From NCBI GenBank assembly GCA_963422375.2, contig OY729428.2, forward strand, positions 1,888,001-1,952,000: a stretch of DNA of 64,000 nucleotides. The letters run 5' to 3'. The position numbers and the translations under genes were made by a program. Shown in pieces: positions 1 through 11,900 of the stretch. The notes beneath the pieces were generated by a model, which made no database searches, was not told the origin of the DNA, and worked only from the letters and a program-made list of their open reading frames with translations. This DNA is from Bryobacterales bacterium. Lineage in GTDB: Bacteria > Acidobacteriota > Terriglobia > Bryobacterales > UBA6623. Numbering within the stretch: the first letter of the stretch is position 1; each line of letters starts with the position of its first letter.

Positions 1-2547
1 GACACCAGGGACGGCATCCAGGAAGGCGGTCAGCGCGGGCACGCCGTGGTGCCGGAGGACGTCGAGTCCAGCCTCATCCTGTCGGTCCTGCGCTACGACG
101 GGGACCTGAAGATGCCGCCCGGAGGGAGGCTTCCAGACGAGGTCGTCAGCGATTTCGAGCGGTGGATTCGCATGGGCGCCCCCGACCCCCGCGAGACCGA
201 GGTCAAGGAATCGAAGAGCACCATCGACCTCGAGCGCGGGCGCGGCTACTGGGCGTTCCAGACTCCGCGTCGGCCGGACCTGCCCCGGGTAGCGGACATC
301 CAGTGGCCGAGAGGCACCATCGACCAGCTCGTCCTCGCCAGTCTCGAGCAGCGAGGCCTGCGCCCCGCCCAGGACGCGTCCAAGGCCGACCTGCTGCGTC
401 GCGTGACGTTCGACCTCACCGGTTTGCCTCCCACCGCCGAGGAGCTGCAGGCGTTCGTCGACGACCGCAGCGAGCACGCCTACGCGAAGGTCGTCGACAG
501 GTTGCTTGAGTCCGACCGGTTCGGAGAACGTTGGGGCAGGCACTGGCTCGACGTGGTCCGCTACGCCGACACCGTCGGAAGGACCCGCAACCTGCCGTTC
601 CCCGTCGCTTGGAAGTACCGGGACTACGTCATCGAATCGTTCAACAAGGACAAGCCCTTCGATCGGTTCATCCGCGAGCAGATGGCGGGAGACCTGCTCC
701 CGTACGACAGCGCCAGCGAGCGCGTCGAGAACCAGATCGCGACCGGCTTCCTGGCGATCGGCGCCCACGATCTCAACGAGCCAGACGCGAAGCAGTTCGA
801 CATGGATGTCGCGGACGAGATGATCAATGTCTCGACCCGGTCCTTCCTCGCTCTCAGCGTCGGATGCGCGCGCTGCCACGACCACAAGTTCGACCCGATT
901 CCCACAACCGACTACTACGCCTTGGCGGGCATCTTCCGCAGTTCCGATCTGCGCAGCGGCCTGCGACGGCGCCCGCGGTTCAACGCGGGCTACTTCCGCA
1001 CGCACAAGCTGATTCAACTGGACGGAGTGCCGGAATTCACTTCCGCGAATGCCGGGGAAGTTCGCGCCGAGCGGGAGCGCCTATGGAAGGCCCTGCAGGC
1101 AGCCGAGAAGGCGGGGGATCGGGCCGAATGCCGGAAGCTGGCGCGGGCGCTCGGGAAGCTCCCGCTGCCCGAAAACCTGGCGATGGGAGTCGTCGAGGCG
1201 CCCAAGCCGGCTGCGACGCGGGTGAACGTGGGCGGCGACCCGCACGCCCTCGGCGTTCCCGTCGACCGCGGTTTCGTGCAGGTCCTGTATCCGGAGCAAG
1301 CTGAGTTGCCGCAGATCGGGAATCGGGAGAGCGGTCGGCTCCAGCTGGCGGACTGGCTGACGCGGCGCGACAACCCGCTCACGGCTCGCGTCATGGCGAA
1401 CCGCGTGTGGCGCCACATGCTCGGGACGGGAATCGTCGCGACCGTCGACAATTTCGGCGCGATGGGGCGCCAGCCCGTGAACCAGGGTCTGCTCGATTAC
1501 CTAGCCGTGCAGTTCACCGACCAGGAGTGGTCTGTGAAGAGTCTTGTCAGGGAAGTGGCGCTCAGCCGCACCTACCGCCTCGCAAGCAGCCCGGTCGAGG
1601 CCAACCTCGAGATCGATCCCGACAACGACTACTTCTGGCGCGCCAACGTGCGCCGCTTGGAGGCCGAGTCGGTGCGCGACTCGGTGCTGCTGGTTAGCGG
1701 CGAGCTGCGGACGGGGGCGCCCCCGCCTTCCCCTGTTCACGGCTTCGACCGAAACCAGCTGATCAACACCGGCAACAGGCAGGTTTCGTCGTGGGAGATC
1801 GACGAGACCTATCGCAGCGTCTACGTGCCCGTGATCAGGAACCAGGCAAGTCGCCTGTTCGAGGCCTTCGACTTCCCCGAGCCGAGCGAGACGCATGGCG
1901 ACAGGGACGTGACGACCAGTCCGACCCAAGCCCTCTTCTTGATGAACAGCGCGTTCGTAAGCGCGAACGCGGACGTCGCCGCCGAGCGGCTGCTGGCGGC
2001 CGTCAACGGCGATGCGCAGCGCGTCCGGCAGGCCTTCCGCCAGGCCCTGTCGCGCGAGCCCAGCCTGCAGGAGGTGGACGCGGCGCTCGGAGCCATTCGC
2101 GACGCGGCGCGAGAGCTGGCTTCCAGCTCCGCTGACCGGAGCGGACGGGTGGCCGCCCGGGCGTGGGTCGATGCACTCGCCTCGGCTGCACTCGAGAGGA
2201 CCTTCAACGAGGACGAGATTGCGTCCGCGATGGACTACATCGAGCGGCACCAGCCGGAAGCCGGGAGCTCGGTCGAGTCCGCGGCCCGGGCCTTCCTAGA
2301 CAGCGACGGGGTCTTCCGGCGCGGTCGCGTGCTAGGGATGCTCCAGTCCGCCTTGGGATGGGATCTGACTCGCCCGGAGAAAGCCGCTGCGTTGAAGAAG
2401 GTCCGCGAGTGGTGGGCCCGGGCGATCAAGACTCGCGCCACAGGCGAGTGGACCACGCTGGCATCGGCTGGCAGCCCCGAGCAAGAGGCGTGGTCGCTGC
2501 TCTATCATGCTTTATACAACAGCGCGGAGTTCCGCTACCGGTTCTGA
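1..2547 (+). CDS. Planctomycete-type cytochrome c / DUF1549 (PSCyt2) / DUF1553 (PSD1) protein, 5'-truncated by the window edge
   Basis: Frame open from base 1. Motifs MPP..RL, LLRRVTFDLTGLPPT, GERWGRHWLDVVRYAD, CARCHDHKFDPIP, NPLTARVMANRVW, RRLEAESVRD, PTQALFLMN. Confidence 0.93.
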   Translation, partial: DTRDGIQEGGQRGHAVVPEDVESSLILSVLRYDGDLKMPPGGRLPDEVVSDFERWIRMGAPDPRETEVKESKSTIDLERGRGYWAFQTPRRPDLPRVADIQWPRGTIDQLVLASLEQRGLRPAQDASKADLLRRVTFDLTGLPPTAEELQAFVDDRSEHAYAKVVDRLLESDRFGERWGRHWLDVVRYADTVGRTRNLPFPVAWKYRDYVIESFNKDKPFDRFIREQMAGDLLPYDSASERVENQIATGFLAIGAHDLNEPDAKQFDMDVADEMINVSTRSFLALSVGCARCHDHKFDPIPTTDYYALAGIFRSSDLRSGLRRRPRFNAGYFRTHKLIQLDGVPEFTSANAGEVRAERERLWKALQAAEKAGDRAECRKLARALGKLPLPENLAMGVVEAPKPAATRVNVGGDPHALGVPVDRGFVQVLYPEQAELPQIGNRESGRLQLADWLTRRDNPLTARVMANRVWRHMLGTGIVATVDNFGAMGRQPVNQGLLDYLAVQFTDQEWSVKSLVREVALSRTYRLASSPVEANLEIDPDNDYFWRANVRRLEAESVRDSVLLVSGELRTGAPPPSPVHGFDRNQLINTGNRQVSSWEIDETYRSVYVPVIRNQASRLFEAFDFPEPSETHGDRDVTTSPTQALFLMNSAFVSANADVAAERLLAAVNGDAQRVRQAFRQALSREPSLQEVDAALGAIRDAARELASSSADRSGRVAARAWVDALASAALERTFNEDEIASAMDYIERHQPEAGSSVESAARAFLDSDGVFRRGRVLGMLQSALGWDLTRPEKAAALKKVREWWARAIKTRATGEWTTLASAGSPEQEAWSLLYHALYNSAEFRYRF

Positions 2548-2573
2548 CTGGTAGCGGTCCAAGGAGACGATCG

Positions 2574-3959
<1,386 letters not shown>

Positions 3960-3984
3960 GCTGCAACCGGGAGCGTATCGGCCA

Positions 3985-6256
3985 GGGCATTTCGCAAGGG
4001 CATCGCGCTGAAGCAGATCGTGCAGATGTTTCCTGACAATCACGCGGCGGCGCGGTGGATTGTCGAATCGAAGCTCGGCTATGGAGACTGGATCATTGCG
4101 TCTTATTTGGTCATGATGAGCCTCAAGAGTGTGGCAACCATGAAGCTCCACCTAGACTTGGTCTTCACACCAGCGGTTCTAAATTTGGCCGTCAAGGGGG
4201 TGCGTGAACGTTGTTTCGGAGGATGAGGTGAACAAGTTGACCGAGAGGTTGCGCTCCTGAGGCCGCCCCGCGGGAGCGTCGGACGGCGGGCAGGGCCGTG
4301 GCGCGGCCCACGTCGCGGGTCCGCGGAGTGCCGAGCCCGCGACCGGACGCACTCCGGCGGTAGCCGGCTTTGACGGCCGGACGCTGCCGGCACGAAACTG
4401 CGCGGAGTCCAGGCCTCGGCCGCCCGGCAGCCCGGAGGAGCGCACCGCCGCCAGCAGCGTCGGCCGGTCCGGGAAGCGGAACCAGCGCAGCGCGACCTGC
4501 AGCTCCCGGAACAGGGCGCGGCGCGTGACCGGCTGGCGCCGGCACTGCTGCCACAGCGCGCAGACGCACTGCACCAGACGCACTGCAGCACGGCGTGGAG
4601 CGCGAAGGCGAACAGGTTCGGCACGGCCGGCACGTTGGCCAGCCCTTCCTTGCCGTGCCCGAAGTTGCGCTTGAAGTTGCGGCCGTGCCGCGCCAGGCAG
4701 TTGAAGCCCTCGTTCTCGATCTTCCAGCGCGCCCGGCCGGCCCGCGCGATCCGCTCCGCGTTGTCCGCGGTGACCGCGAGACCGGTGAAGAAGCTGCTGG
4801 CGCAGGTGCGCTTGCCGTCGCGCTCAGTACAGGTCGTCGCCCGGCAGGACGGGGCGGCAGGCCTGCAGCCAGGCGCCGTGAGCGGCGAGCCAGCGCTTGG
4901 CGGCGTTGCCGCTCGCAGTCCCGCTTGCGCTCGTCCTCGCTCATGTCGGCGCGGGTCGCGGCCGCGTCCTGCTGCGGGCACGCGAACTCGGGCATCAGCG
5001 GCAGGACCGTGGCGTGGCCGTCGGCCACCGCGGTGGCCGACGGCCATGGCGTGGAAGTGATGCGGCCGGCGCTCGCTGCCGGCGCGCCGCACCGAGCACT
5101 GCGGGCAATGCACCCTGTCGGAGCGGTGGAACCGGACGCCGTCCGGAGCCGCCGGCAGGCGCTCGTCGAGGCGCTGGAAGGGCTCGAGCGCGCCCTGCGC
5201 GGCCACGGTTGCGAGGCACGGCCGGAACAGCGGGTCGCACGCGGCCGGGTCGAGGTCGTCGAGCAAGTTGCGGATCCGGTTGTCGCAGGGGATGCGGCCC
5301 GCGCCGAACAGGGTCCGGCAGTTGGAGCGGGAGCCGTCCCGCTCCATGCGCCGCTGGAACGCGAGGAACGACTCGCACCGGGTGAAGAAGCAGGCCGGGG
5401 CGCAACCGGCGGCGTCGCTGACCTCGTAGCGCTTGTTGCGACCGTCGCGCCGGTCGGGCCGGCCGGCGGCCGTCTCGCGGAAGGCGCTCAGCAGCGAGTC
5501 CAGGACATGGGGCATACACCCTAGCTCACAAATTCCGCTAGGAAAAGTCAAGTGCCAGACTGCCTTCGACACCTTTCTCAAACACTCTGGAAATCCCAAA
5601 ATGCCCAAATTGAGAATCGCTGTCTTCACACAGAAATCAGCTTGGTTTCCCGCCCGTCGGTTTCTTTCGGTATTGTCTCAAGATGGTACGATGTGCTCGG
5701 GTCCGGTGGAAGTGGACGAGACGTACACGGGTGGGAAGAGTCGCAACGGGAGCAGTGCCAACCGCGATGAGCTAGCCGGGACAGGCTGGAGAACGGCTCG
5801 CGGGACAACAGTTGCGAGTGACAAGGATCGCGAGATCAACAAGGTTGCGGCCAAGTGGGTCGCGCCCACCCACAGGGACAGGCTTCAAGGGTTTGTGAAG
5901 GATCACGCCGAGCCGGGCACGAGGGTCTATATCCACGATGCTTCCGCCGAGGAGGATCCGCCGTTTGCTCACCCTATAGTCACGCAGTCGCTCCCTCAGT
6001 ATGTAGGGAGTGATATACATACCAACAGCATCGAGTCGCTGTGGTCCATGCTCAAGCGGGCGTACAAAAGAATTTTTGACAAGCTCTCTCCCAAGCACCT
6101 TGACCGCTATGTACAGGGGTGCGTGGGCAGGTACAATGCCTGCGAACTAGACACCAACGAGCAGATGAGTGATATCCGGGGCGGGATGGATGGAAAGATC
6201 CTGCGCTACAGGACGCCCATTGCCGATCACGGTCTGTCTTCGGGGGTGCGAACATG
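3985..6256 (+). pseudogene. Decayed IS1595-family transposase, split by the ISNCY-like element at 4171-5622
   Basis: N-part HFRKGI..MFPD..SKLGYGDW..MKLHLDLVFT (zinc ribbon missing) resumes after the insertion as TQKSAWF..GPVEVDETY..HTNSIESLWSMLKR..SPKHLDRYV. Boundaries approximate. Confidence 0.85.
4171..5622 (-). mobile_element. ISNCY-like insertion sequence with frameshifted, internally deleted transposase (ATG at 5515)
   Basis: 18-bp imperfect IRs CAGCGGTTCTAAATTTGG / CAGCGATTCTCAATTTGG. 9-bp TSD TCTTCACAC at 4162-4170 and 5623-5631. Motifs PDRR.GRN..Y, SFLAFQRRM, CPQC, GRARWKIENEGFN, NFGHG. Confidence 0.9.
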
Positions 6257-7009
6257 CTACGACGATCTGAGCCTGAACTGCCTTTCTACTCGGAGTCTCG
6301 ACATGTTGAAATCCCGACTGTTGAGATATTGCCTCCAGCAGACGTCGTGTCTACGTTGCAACGTAGTGAGACAATGAAGTGCGTCATTCTTGATCCTTGG
6401 TACAACAAGGGAATTGGCGGCAAGCGTGATGATTATGACGATTGGATAGAAGGTGTGATTAGAAAGTCCAGTCGGATTTCAAGCCATGTTTTTGTCTGGG
6501 GATTCCCGGAGATTTTAGCGAACCAAGTCAATCGAATCCCCGAGGAGTTGCGCCTCCTTGCTTAGTTGACTTGGTATTACAAGAACTGTCCATCCGTAGT
6601 TCTCGGCTGGAGGTCTGCACAGAACACCTGTCTCCACATAGCATCTGAGACGGCACCAATTTACGTTGAGAACTTCCTGAACGGTTCTCAGTTGGATCGA
6701 TGGAACTCTGGGAAAATGCGGTTTGTTCCCGGACCACCATCCGTCTTGGAAGCCCCACTCAACATAGGATTTGTGGGTCGGTGAGAGCAGATGGGACATC
6801 CGGCACAGAAGCCACTTTCAGTGATTGAGCCATTGATCCGCATGGCAACTATGGAAGGTGACTTGGTCTTGGATCCGATGTGCGGGTTAGGAACTACTGG
6901 CGAGGCGTGTATCCGGCTAAATCGTAAAGCAATTCTTTGTGACAATTCCCTTGAGTACTTATCAATCGCTCAGGACAGGATTGCTAGGTGCGGGGCAAAT
7001 GGAAGATAG
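6254..7009 (+). pseudogene. Amino (N6A/N4C) DNA methyltransferase, beta-type motif order, with two in-frame stops
   Basis: Three collinear in-frame ORFs. DPWY (motif IV), HPAQKP, LVLDPMCGLGTT (motif I). TAG at 6563-6565 and TGA at 6782-6784. Confidence 0.85.
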
Positions 7010-7648
7010 AAACGCCACTATACGTGGCCCTTATGCACAGCAGTCAATACGTGACCGGATCGAGGCATTCTTCCTTGAGAATCTCGGCGCAAGGTGGCTA
7101 CACGAGAACAACCGATAGAAGTTGCTAGAGATCCTAGAACAGGAAGAGCACCCGAGAACTGGCACCAGAGGCTTTCTGAGTTGCGAACGGACAAGAGGTA
7201 CACGATCCTATCTTGGAGGAATCGGGGAGATTTGAAGGTCAGCGAATACATGATGCCTAACGCTGAACGCAGATCCATAGCTTCAATGAGGAACCGCCCT
7301 AGCGCTTCTACTTGGAAGCGAGTCCTAGCATATCACTACAATAGATGTGTATGGGATGAAAGTGGAATAGTCTGCGGATTACGCAATGGAGAAATTGACC
7401 CTGTAGGCGGTGGAACTGTCAGGCTGACACCGGATCATCGCACACCACACGCCATCTATGCAGATACTGATCCAAGTGACGAAACCAAGTGGCAGCCTCT
7501 CTGTGGACGGCACCAAGTTATGAAGAAGAACTACTGGGACGACGAGACGGGATGGCTCAATGTCATTGCCATAGTGCAGTCGGCATCAGAAGCACAGAAG
7601 CATGAAGTATTCGTGTTTCTCAAGAGATACTTGGGAGAGACATTATGA
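6999..7648 (+). pseudogene. KpnI-like HNH type II restriction endonuclease, frameshifted near 7088
   Basis: ATG 6999 MEDRNA..RIEAFFLENLG, then after an extra GC: KVATRE..PENWHQRLSELRTD..YTILSWR..IDPVGGGTVRLTPDH..WQPLCGRHQVMKKNYWD. Matches my recollection of R.KpnI. Confidence 0.8.
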
Positions 7649-7817
7649 GGGGTTAGCCCCTTTAACTCTGCGAATTGAAACTCCCGTATCCCGCCTAACC
7701 AGTCTACAAACGAGGAGAATCCAACAGAAATATCGACTGGACTGGACGTTCGAAAATGCAATCACAGTCTTAGTAAATCCAGTGAAGATTCGCCGCGTCA
7801 TGCCGAAACCGAAGCGG

Positions 7818-8078
7818 TACTGAGAGGCGCAAAAGTCTTTTCCCAAGATACAGGCCATACTCAGTCGACTTCCGATTCAGGCTGTCATCATAGCAGCCCA
7901 GAGATAGAGTCTTGAATTCTCGAACTTAGGCCTGCATATTGTGATATACCGTAACTATCTACACAGTATATTGCGTACTTGAATTTGGAAGGCCTCCTTC
8001 TTAGCAGACTGCTTGGGAACCCAGTTGCCAGTACATTCTGGCCTGGCCGATCCGAAAAGACTTTTGCGCCCCTCAGTA
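7818..8078. mobile_element. MITE-like non-autonomous element (261 bp)
   Basis: 25-bp IRs TACTGAG(A/G)GGCGCAAAAGTCTTTTC at 7818-7842 and 8054-8078 (one mismatch). Terminal TA may be a TA duplication. AT-richer non-coding interior. Confidence 0.7.
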
Positions 8079-8279
8079 AGTCAAGCTGAAATCGGGTGTT
8101 TTCGCTGCTTTCGAATTCAATCTGGTTTGAAACCTCGCGCCCGACCGGCAGTCGGCGGAGTTCGGCTTTTATGGTAGCCCGGAGCGCTGAATATCTCGGC
8201 CAGCCGGTCCGCTCGCTTGCTTTCGGTGCCACTTGTCAGGGCTCGACCGACGTGTCGGTCGGTACGTCCCGGCTCGTCC

Positions 8280-11200
8280 CTAGAACAGCAGCTTGAGCCC
8301 GAACTGCAGCTGCCGGTTGTCCTGGGATGTGCCACCGATCGTGCCGGCGTTTCGGTTCCCGATCGAGAGGCCCGGCATGCCGAAGTGCGGCCGGTTGAAG
8401 AAGTTGAACGCTTCGAACCGGAACTCGATTCTCGATGTCTCGCCCAGCGGAGCCGGGAAGGTGCGGTGCAGCGCGAAGTTGACCATGTTCGTCCCCGGGC
8501 CGTATAGGATGTTCCTCCCGGAATTGCCGAACGTGTAGCGCGGCGGGAACGCGAACGCGTCGGTGTCGAAATAGCGGTCGATCGTCGGGCTGGAGAGCTT
8601 GCCGTCCCGAATTCGGTCCGGCCTCGACGTGGTGCCCGTGTTCGCGTTGTCGAAATTCAGGGCCGGAGTGAACGGTATGCCATCCGAGAAGGTCACGATG
8701 CCCGACAGGTCCCAACCGCCGAGCAAGGGCTTCAACAGTCCATCGCCCGACGGCAGCCGGTAGACGCCGCTGAACACGAACCGGTTGGGGATGTTGTGAT
8801 TCGACGGGCCCCAATTCGCCGCCAGGTCGCGGCTGTCCTGGATTCCGCCGTAGTCCCCGGAGGGCCCGCACCCGTCGCAGTTGCCTAGGTTGCTCGCAGT
8901 ATCGAGCGACCGACCGTGCGTGAACGCGGTCAGGAACGAGAGACCGCCGCTGAAGCGCTTCTCAAGGCGGGTCGACACGCCGTGGTAGCTGCTGGTGGCC
9001 CAAGGCTCGGTGCGAATGATGCGGGCGCGCGTGTACTGCCCGTGCGGGCGCCGGTTGTTGGGCGAGCCCGGCCCGGGCGTCGGCTGGTTCCCTTCGTACG
9101 ACGCGTACAACTGGCGGCCAGTGTTGCCGACGTAGTTGACCTCCCACATGATGTTGCCCGGCAGCTGCTTCTGGATGCTGAAGTTCCATTGCTGGATCGT
9201 CGGCATGTCCAGCGTCGGGTACCAGCTGCGCAGCCGGGCGGTCGACTTGGGATTGAGTACGAAGTCCTGCGGCGCGACAGCGTCCGGACGGGGCGGCAGG
9301 GAGCCGCTCAGGGGAATCGTGCTGGAGGGGTTGAGCTGGTCGCTGGGCAGCGAGATGCCGCCGAATCCGAAGAACGGCGGGTTGTTCGTCATGCGGCGGG
9401 CCACTCCGGTGCCTTCGTCCTGGCCGAAGAATACGCCGTACCCGCCCCGAAGGACGAGTCCCTCGATGACGCGGAAGGCGAATCCGAACCGAGGCGCGAT
9501 GTTGTTCATGTCGGTTTCCAACAGGCTGCGGGGCTTGCGGCTGTCGCCGGCGAGGATGAGTTGGCCGAAGAGCGGGTCGTCCGGGTTGAGGATGAAGTTG
9601 GCCATGCGGTTGTCCAGCTCGATGAACGGCTGCGTGAGTTCGTAGCGCGCGCCTAGGTTCAGCGTCAGCCTCGAGCTGACCTGCCAGTCGTCCTGGAAGT
9701 ACCAGTACAGGTTCTGCTGCTGCTCGCGCGCCGTCGCGCGCGTGCCGGTTTGGATGCGGTTGGGCAGCCCGAGGAGGAGGTCCGCCACCGACGAGCCAGT
9801 GCCTGGCCGGCCTTGGGGGTTCTGCGTGAACACTCCGCTGAAGCTGAAGCTTCCGCGGCCCTCCAGGGTGGCCGAGGTCTTCGTGCGGATCATCTGGTAG
9901 TCGAACCCCAGTTTCGTCGTGTGCCTCCCGCGCACCATGGAGAGGTTGTCGGAGAAGTTCCAGACGGCCGAGGACTTCAGCAACGGGAGGTTGCCGAAGC
10001 CCGGAGGCGAGACTCCGATCGAGGTGAGGCCCGCTAGGCCGAACGTCGGCGTGCCGCTCGTGACGTCCGGGTGCAGCGCGCCGGCGATGATCTCCTCTCT
10101 CGGCGTGAGACCGTCCTGGTCGACCCCGATCCGGTTCCACGCGAAGCGGAATTCGTTAACGATGCTCGGCGAGAATGTCCGCGTGTAACCGTAGCCGATG
10201 CTGAAGGCGTCGCCCTCCCGGACGACCGGGTTGCCTGCCGGGGTCTCGAACACTGCGTTTTGCTGGAAGTCGGGAAGGTTGAACGAGTACCTTCCGAACA
10301 TGCTGTCCATGTCGCTGACGCGCACGTCCCCGCGCCCGGTCAAGTTGTCGGTGCGGATGCCGTTGTTGGGCGCTCGCACGAAATTGCGGTTGGAGCGGTC
10401 GAAGACCGGTGCCGGGTAGCGCGCGATGAGGTCGCGGCCCACGCTGTCCATGCGGGACGCCGGGATCTTGTTGTTCGCGAACTGGTCGCGCACGGACCCG
10501 TCGCCGTTCGGGTTCGCTCGCGTCGTGAACGGATCGAAGATGTTCCGATCGCCGAAGGTGCCCTGGCGTTCCGTCGGCAGTGGCACGGTCCCGGTGAGCG
10601 TGGTGCCTTGCGTGATGTGCGTGCGCTGGTAGGCGGCATGCCAGAAGACCCGGTTGCTCACGACCGGCCCGCCCATCGACCCGCCGGCCTGGTGCTGGAT
10701 GAAAAGCGGGTCGACCGTTGTCGGCGGCGCGAAATAGTCCCTAGCGTCCAAGTTGTCGTTGCGCAGGAACCAGAACGCCGAGCCGTGGTACTCGTTGGTG
10801 CCGCTCTTGGTGACAACGTTGACGACGGCCCCCGCGGACGCGCCGTACTCGGCGGAGAAGTTGCTGGTGTTGACCTTGAATTCCTCGACCGCTTCAAGCG
10901 AGGGTCGCATCGCGTCGCGCTGCCTGTTGTCGAGCCCGCGCAGGTAGTTGACGTTGCGCGCGCCGTCCAGCAGGTAGGCGTTCTGGTAGCCGCGGTTGCC
11001 GTAGGCCGAGTACGTCTTGTCCCGGGAGCGGCTGTTCGGGACGGTGCCCGCCGTGAGGTTGCCGAGGTCCAGGTAGTTGCGGCCGTTGAGCGGGAGCTTC
11101 TGGATCGTGTTCTCGCCGACAACCTGGCCGATGCTATGGGTAGTCTCTTCCAGCTGCACCGCCAGCGCCTCGACGGTGACCTGCTCGGTCACCGTGCCGG

Positions 11201-11555
11201 GCTCCAGCACCAATCGCAGGTTGATGACTTCGTCGACGCGCAGGCGAACATCGGACTGCACGAACTGCTTGAAGCCTTCCAGCTCGGTGGCGACGTTGTA
11301 GGTGCCGGGCCGGAGCAGCGGCGCGGAGAACCTGCCGACCTCGTTCGACTCGGCTCGCCGGACCGCTTCGCCCGTCTCGGTATTCGTGATTTCTACGGCC
11401 GCTCCGGGAATCACCGCCCCCGACTGGTCCAGGACGGTTCCGCTGATCTGGCCAGTGGAGGTCTGCGCGCGGACGTGCGGACCAGCAGAGGCCAGCAGGC
11501 CCGCGATCGACAGGATTGAGATGAGCTTGTTTCGCACTGTTGCCTCGGTTCGCAC
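8280..11555 (-). CDS. TonB-dependent receptor with carboxypeptidase regulatory-like N-domain
   Basis: Signal peptide, G.V.DQSGAVIPGA, LPLNGRNYL.L, EEFKVNTSNFSAEYG, FQDDWQV, C-terminal RQLQFGLKLLF. Start may be GTG 11537. Confidence 0.95.
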   Translation of the reverse strand: MRTEATVRNKLISILSIAGLLASAGPHVRAQTSTGQISGTVLDQSGAVIPGAAVEITNTETGEAVRRAESNEVGRFSAPLLRPGTYNVATELEGFKQFVQSDVRLRVDEVINLRLVLEPGTVTEQVTVEALAVQLEETTHSIGQVVGENTIQKLPLNGRNYLDLGNLTAGTVPNSRSRDKTYSAYGNRGYQNAYLLDGARNVNYLRGLDNRQRDAMRPSLEAVEEFKVNTSNFSAEYGASAGAVVNVVTKSGTNEYHGSAFWFLRNDNLDARDYFAPPTTVDPLFIQHQAGGSMGGPVVSNRVFWHAAYQRTHITQGTTLTGTVPLPTERQGTFGDRNIFDPFTTRANPNGDGSVRDQFANNKIPASRMDSVGRDLIARYPAPVFDRSNRNFVRAPNNGIRTDNLTGRGDVRVSDMDSMFGRYSFNLPDFQQNAVFETPAGNPVVREGDAFSIGYGYTRTFSPSIVNEFRFAWNRIGVDQDGLTPREEIIAGALHPDVTSGTPTFGLAGLTSIGVSPPGFGNLPLLKSSAVWNFSDNLSMVRGRHTTKLGFDYQMIRTKTSATLEGRGSFSFSGVFTQNPQGRPGTGSSVADLLLGLPNRIQTGTRATAREQQQNLYWYFQDDWQVSSRLTLNLGARYELTQPFIELDNRMANFILNPDDPLFGQLILAGDSRKPRSLLETDMNNIAPRFGFAFRVIEGLVLRGGYGVFFGQDEGTGVARRMTNNPPFFGFGGISLPSDQLNPSSTIPLSGSLPPRPDAVAPQDFVLNPKSTARLRSWYPTLDMPTIQQWNFSIQKQLPGNIMWEVNYVGNTGRQLYASYEGNQPTPGPGSPNNRRPHGQYTRARIIRTEPWATSSYHGVSTRLEKRFSGGLSFLTAFTHGRSLDTASNLGNCDGCGPSGDYGGIQDSRDLAANWGPSNHNIPNRFVFSGVYRLPSGDGLLKPLLGGWDLSGIVTFSDGIPFTPALNFDNANTGTTSRPDRIRDGKLSSPTIDRYFDTDAFAFPPRYTFGNSGRNILYGPGTNMVNFALHRTFPAPLGETSRIEFRFEAFNFFNRPHFGMPGLSIGNRNAGTIGGTSQDNRQLQFGLKLLF

Positions 11556-11802
11556 ACCGTTGGGACGATGGCTCAGTCGCCTGTATTGTATGCCTCCGTG
11601 TCGGGACTGCCGCGTTCGTTGTCGCCGCGACCCGAACGACCCGAGTCCGCGACGGTATCGATGGCCAGCGCGACCGGCTGGAAGGCCCGGGCGCTTGGTG
11701 CGGCGACCGGGTGCCGGGAGGGGGAACCCGGGCCGCTGGCTCTCATCGACCGAGGCCTCTTGTCGCGAGCCGGGCGCGGGACGTGCGAGAATTAAGGGGC
11801 GC

Positions 11803-11879
11803 GGGCCCGTAGCTCAGCTGGATAGAGCGGCCGCCTCCTAAGCGGCAGGCCGGGGGTTCGAATCCCTCCGGGCCCGCCA
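11803..11879 (+). tRNA. tRNA-Arg (CCT)
   Basis: GGGCCCG/CGGGCCC acceptor stem, anticodon arm GCCGC-CTCCTAA-GCGGC, GGTTCGAATCC T-arm, encoded CCA. Confidence 0.97.
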
Positions 11880-11900
11880 TCCGGCCAAGGCCCCGTCCGG

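Noticed and set aside
6782..6784. In-frame TGA in the methyltransferase as a second selenocysteine
   Set aside because: The same gene also has an in-frame TAG, the context is not a Cys redox motif, and the partner nuclease is frameshifted. Ordinary decay explains it.
11803..11879. tRNA genes (this one and 26359-26434) as integration sites for an island
   Set aside because: No integrase nearby and no duplicated tRNA 3' end noticed.
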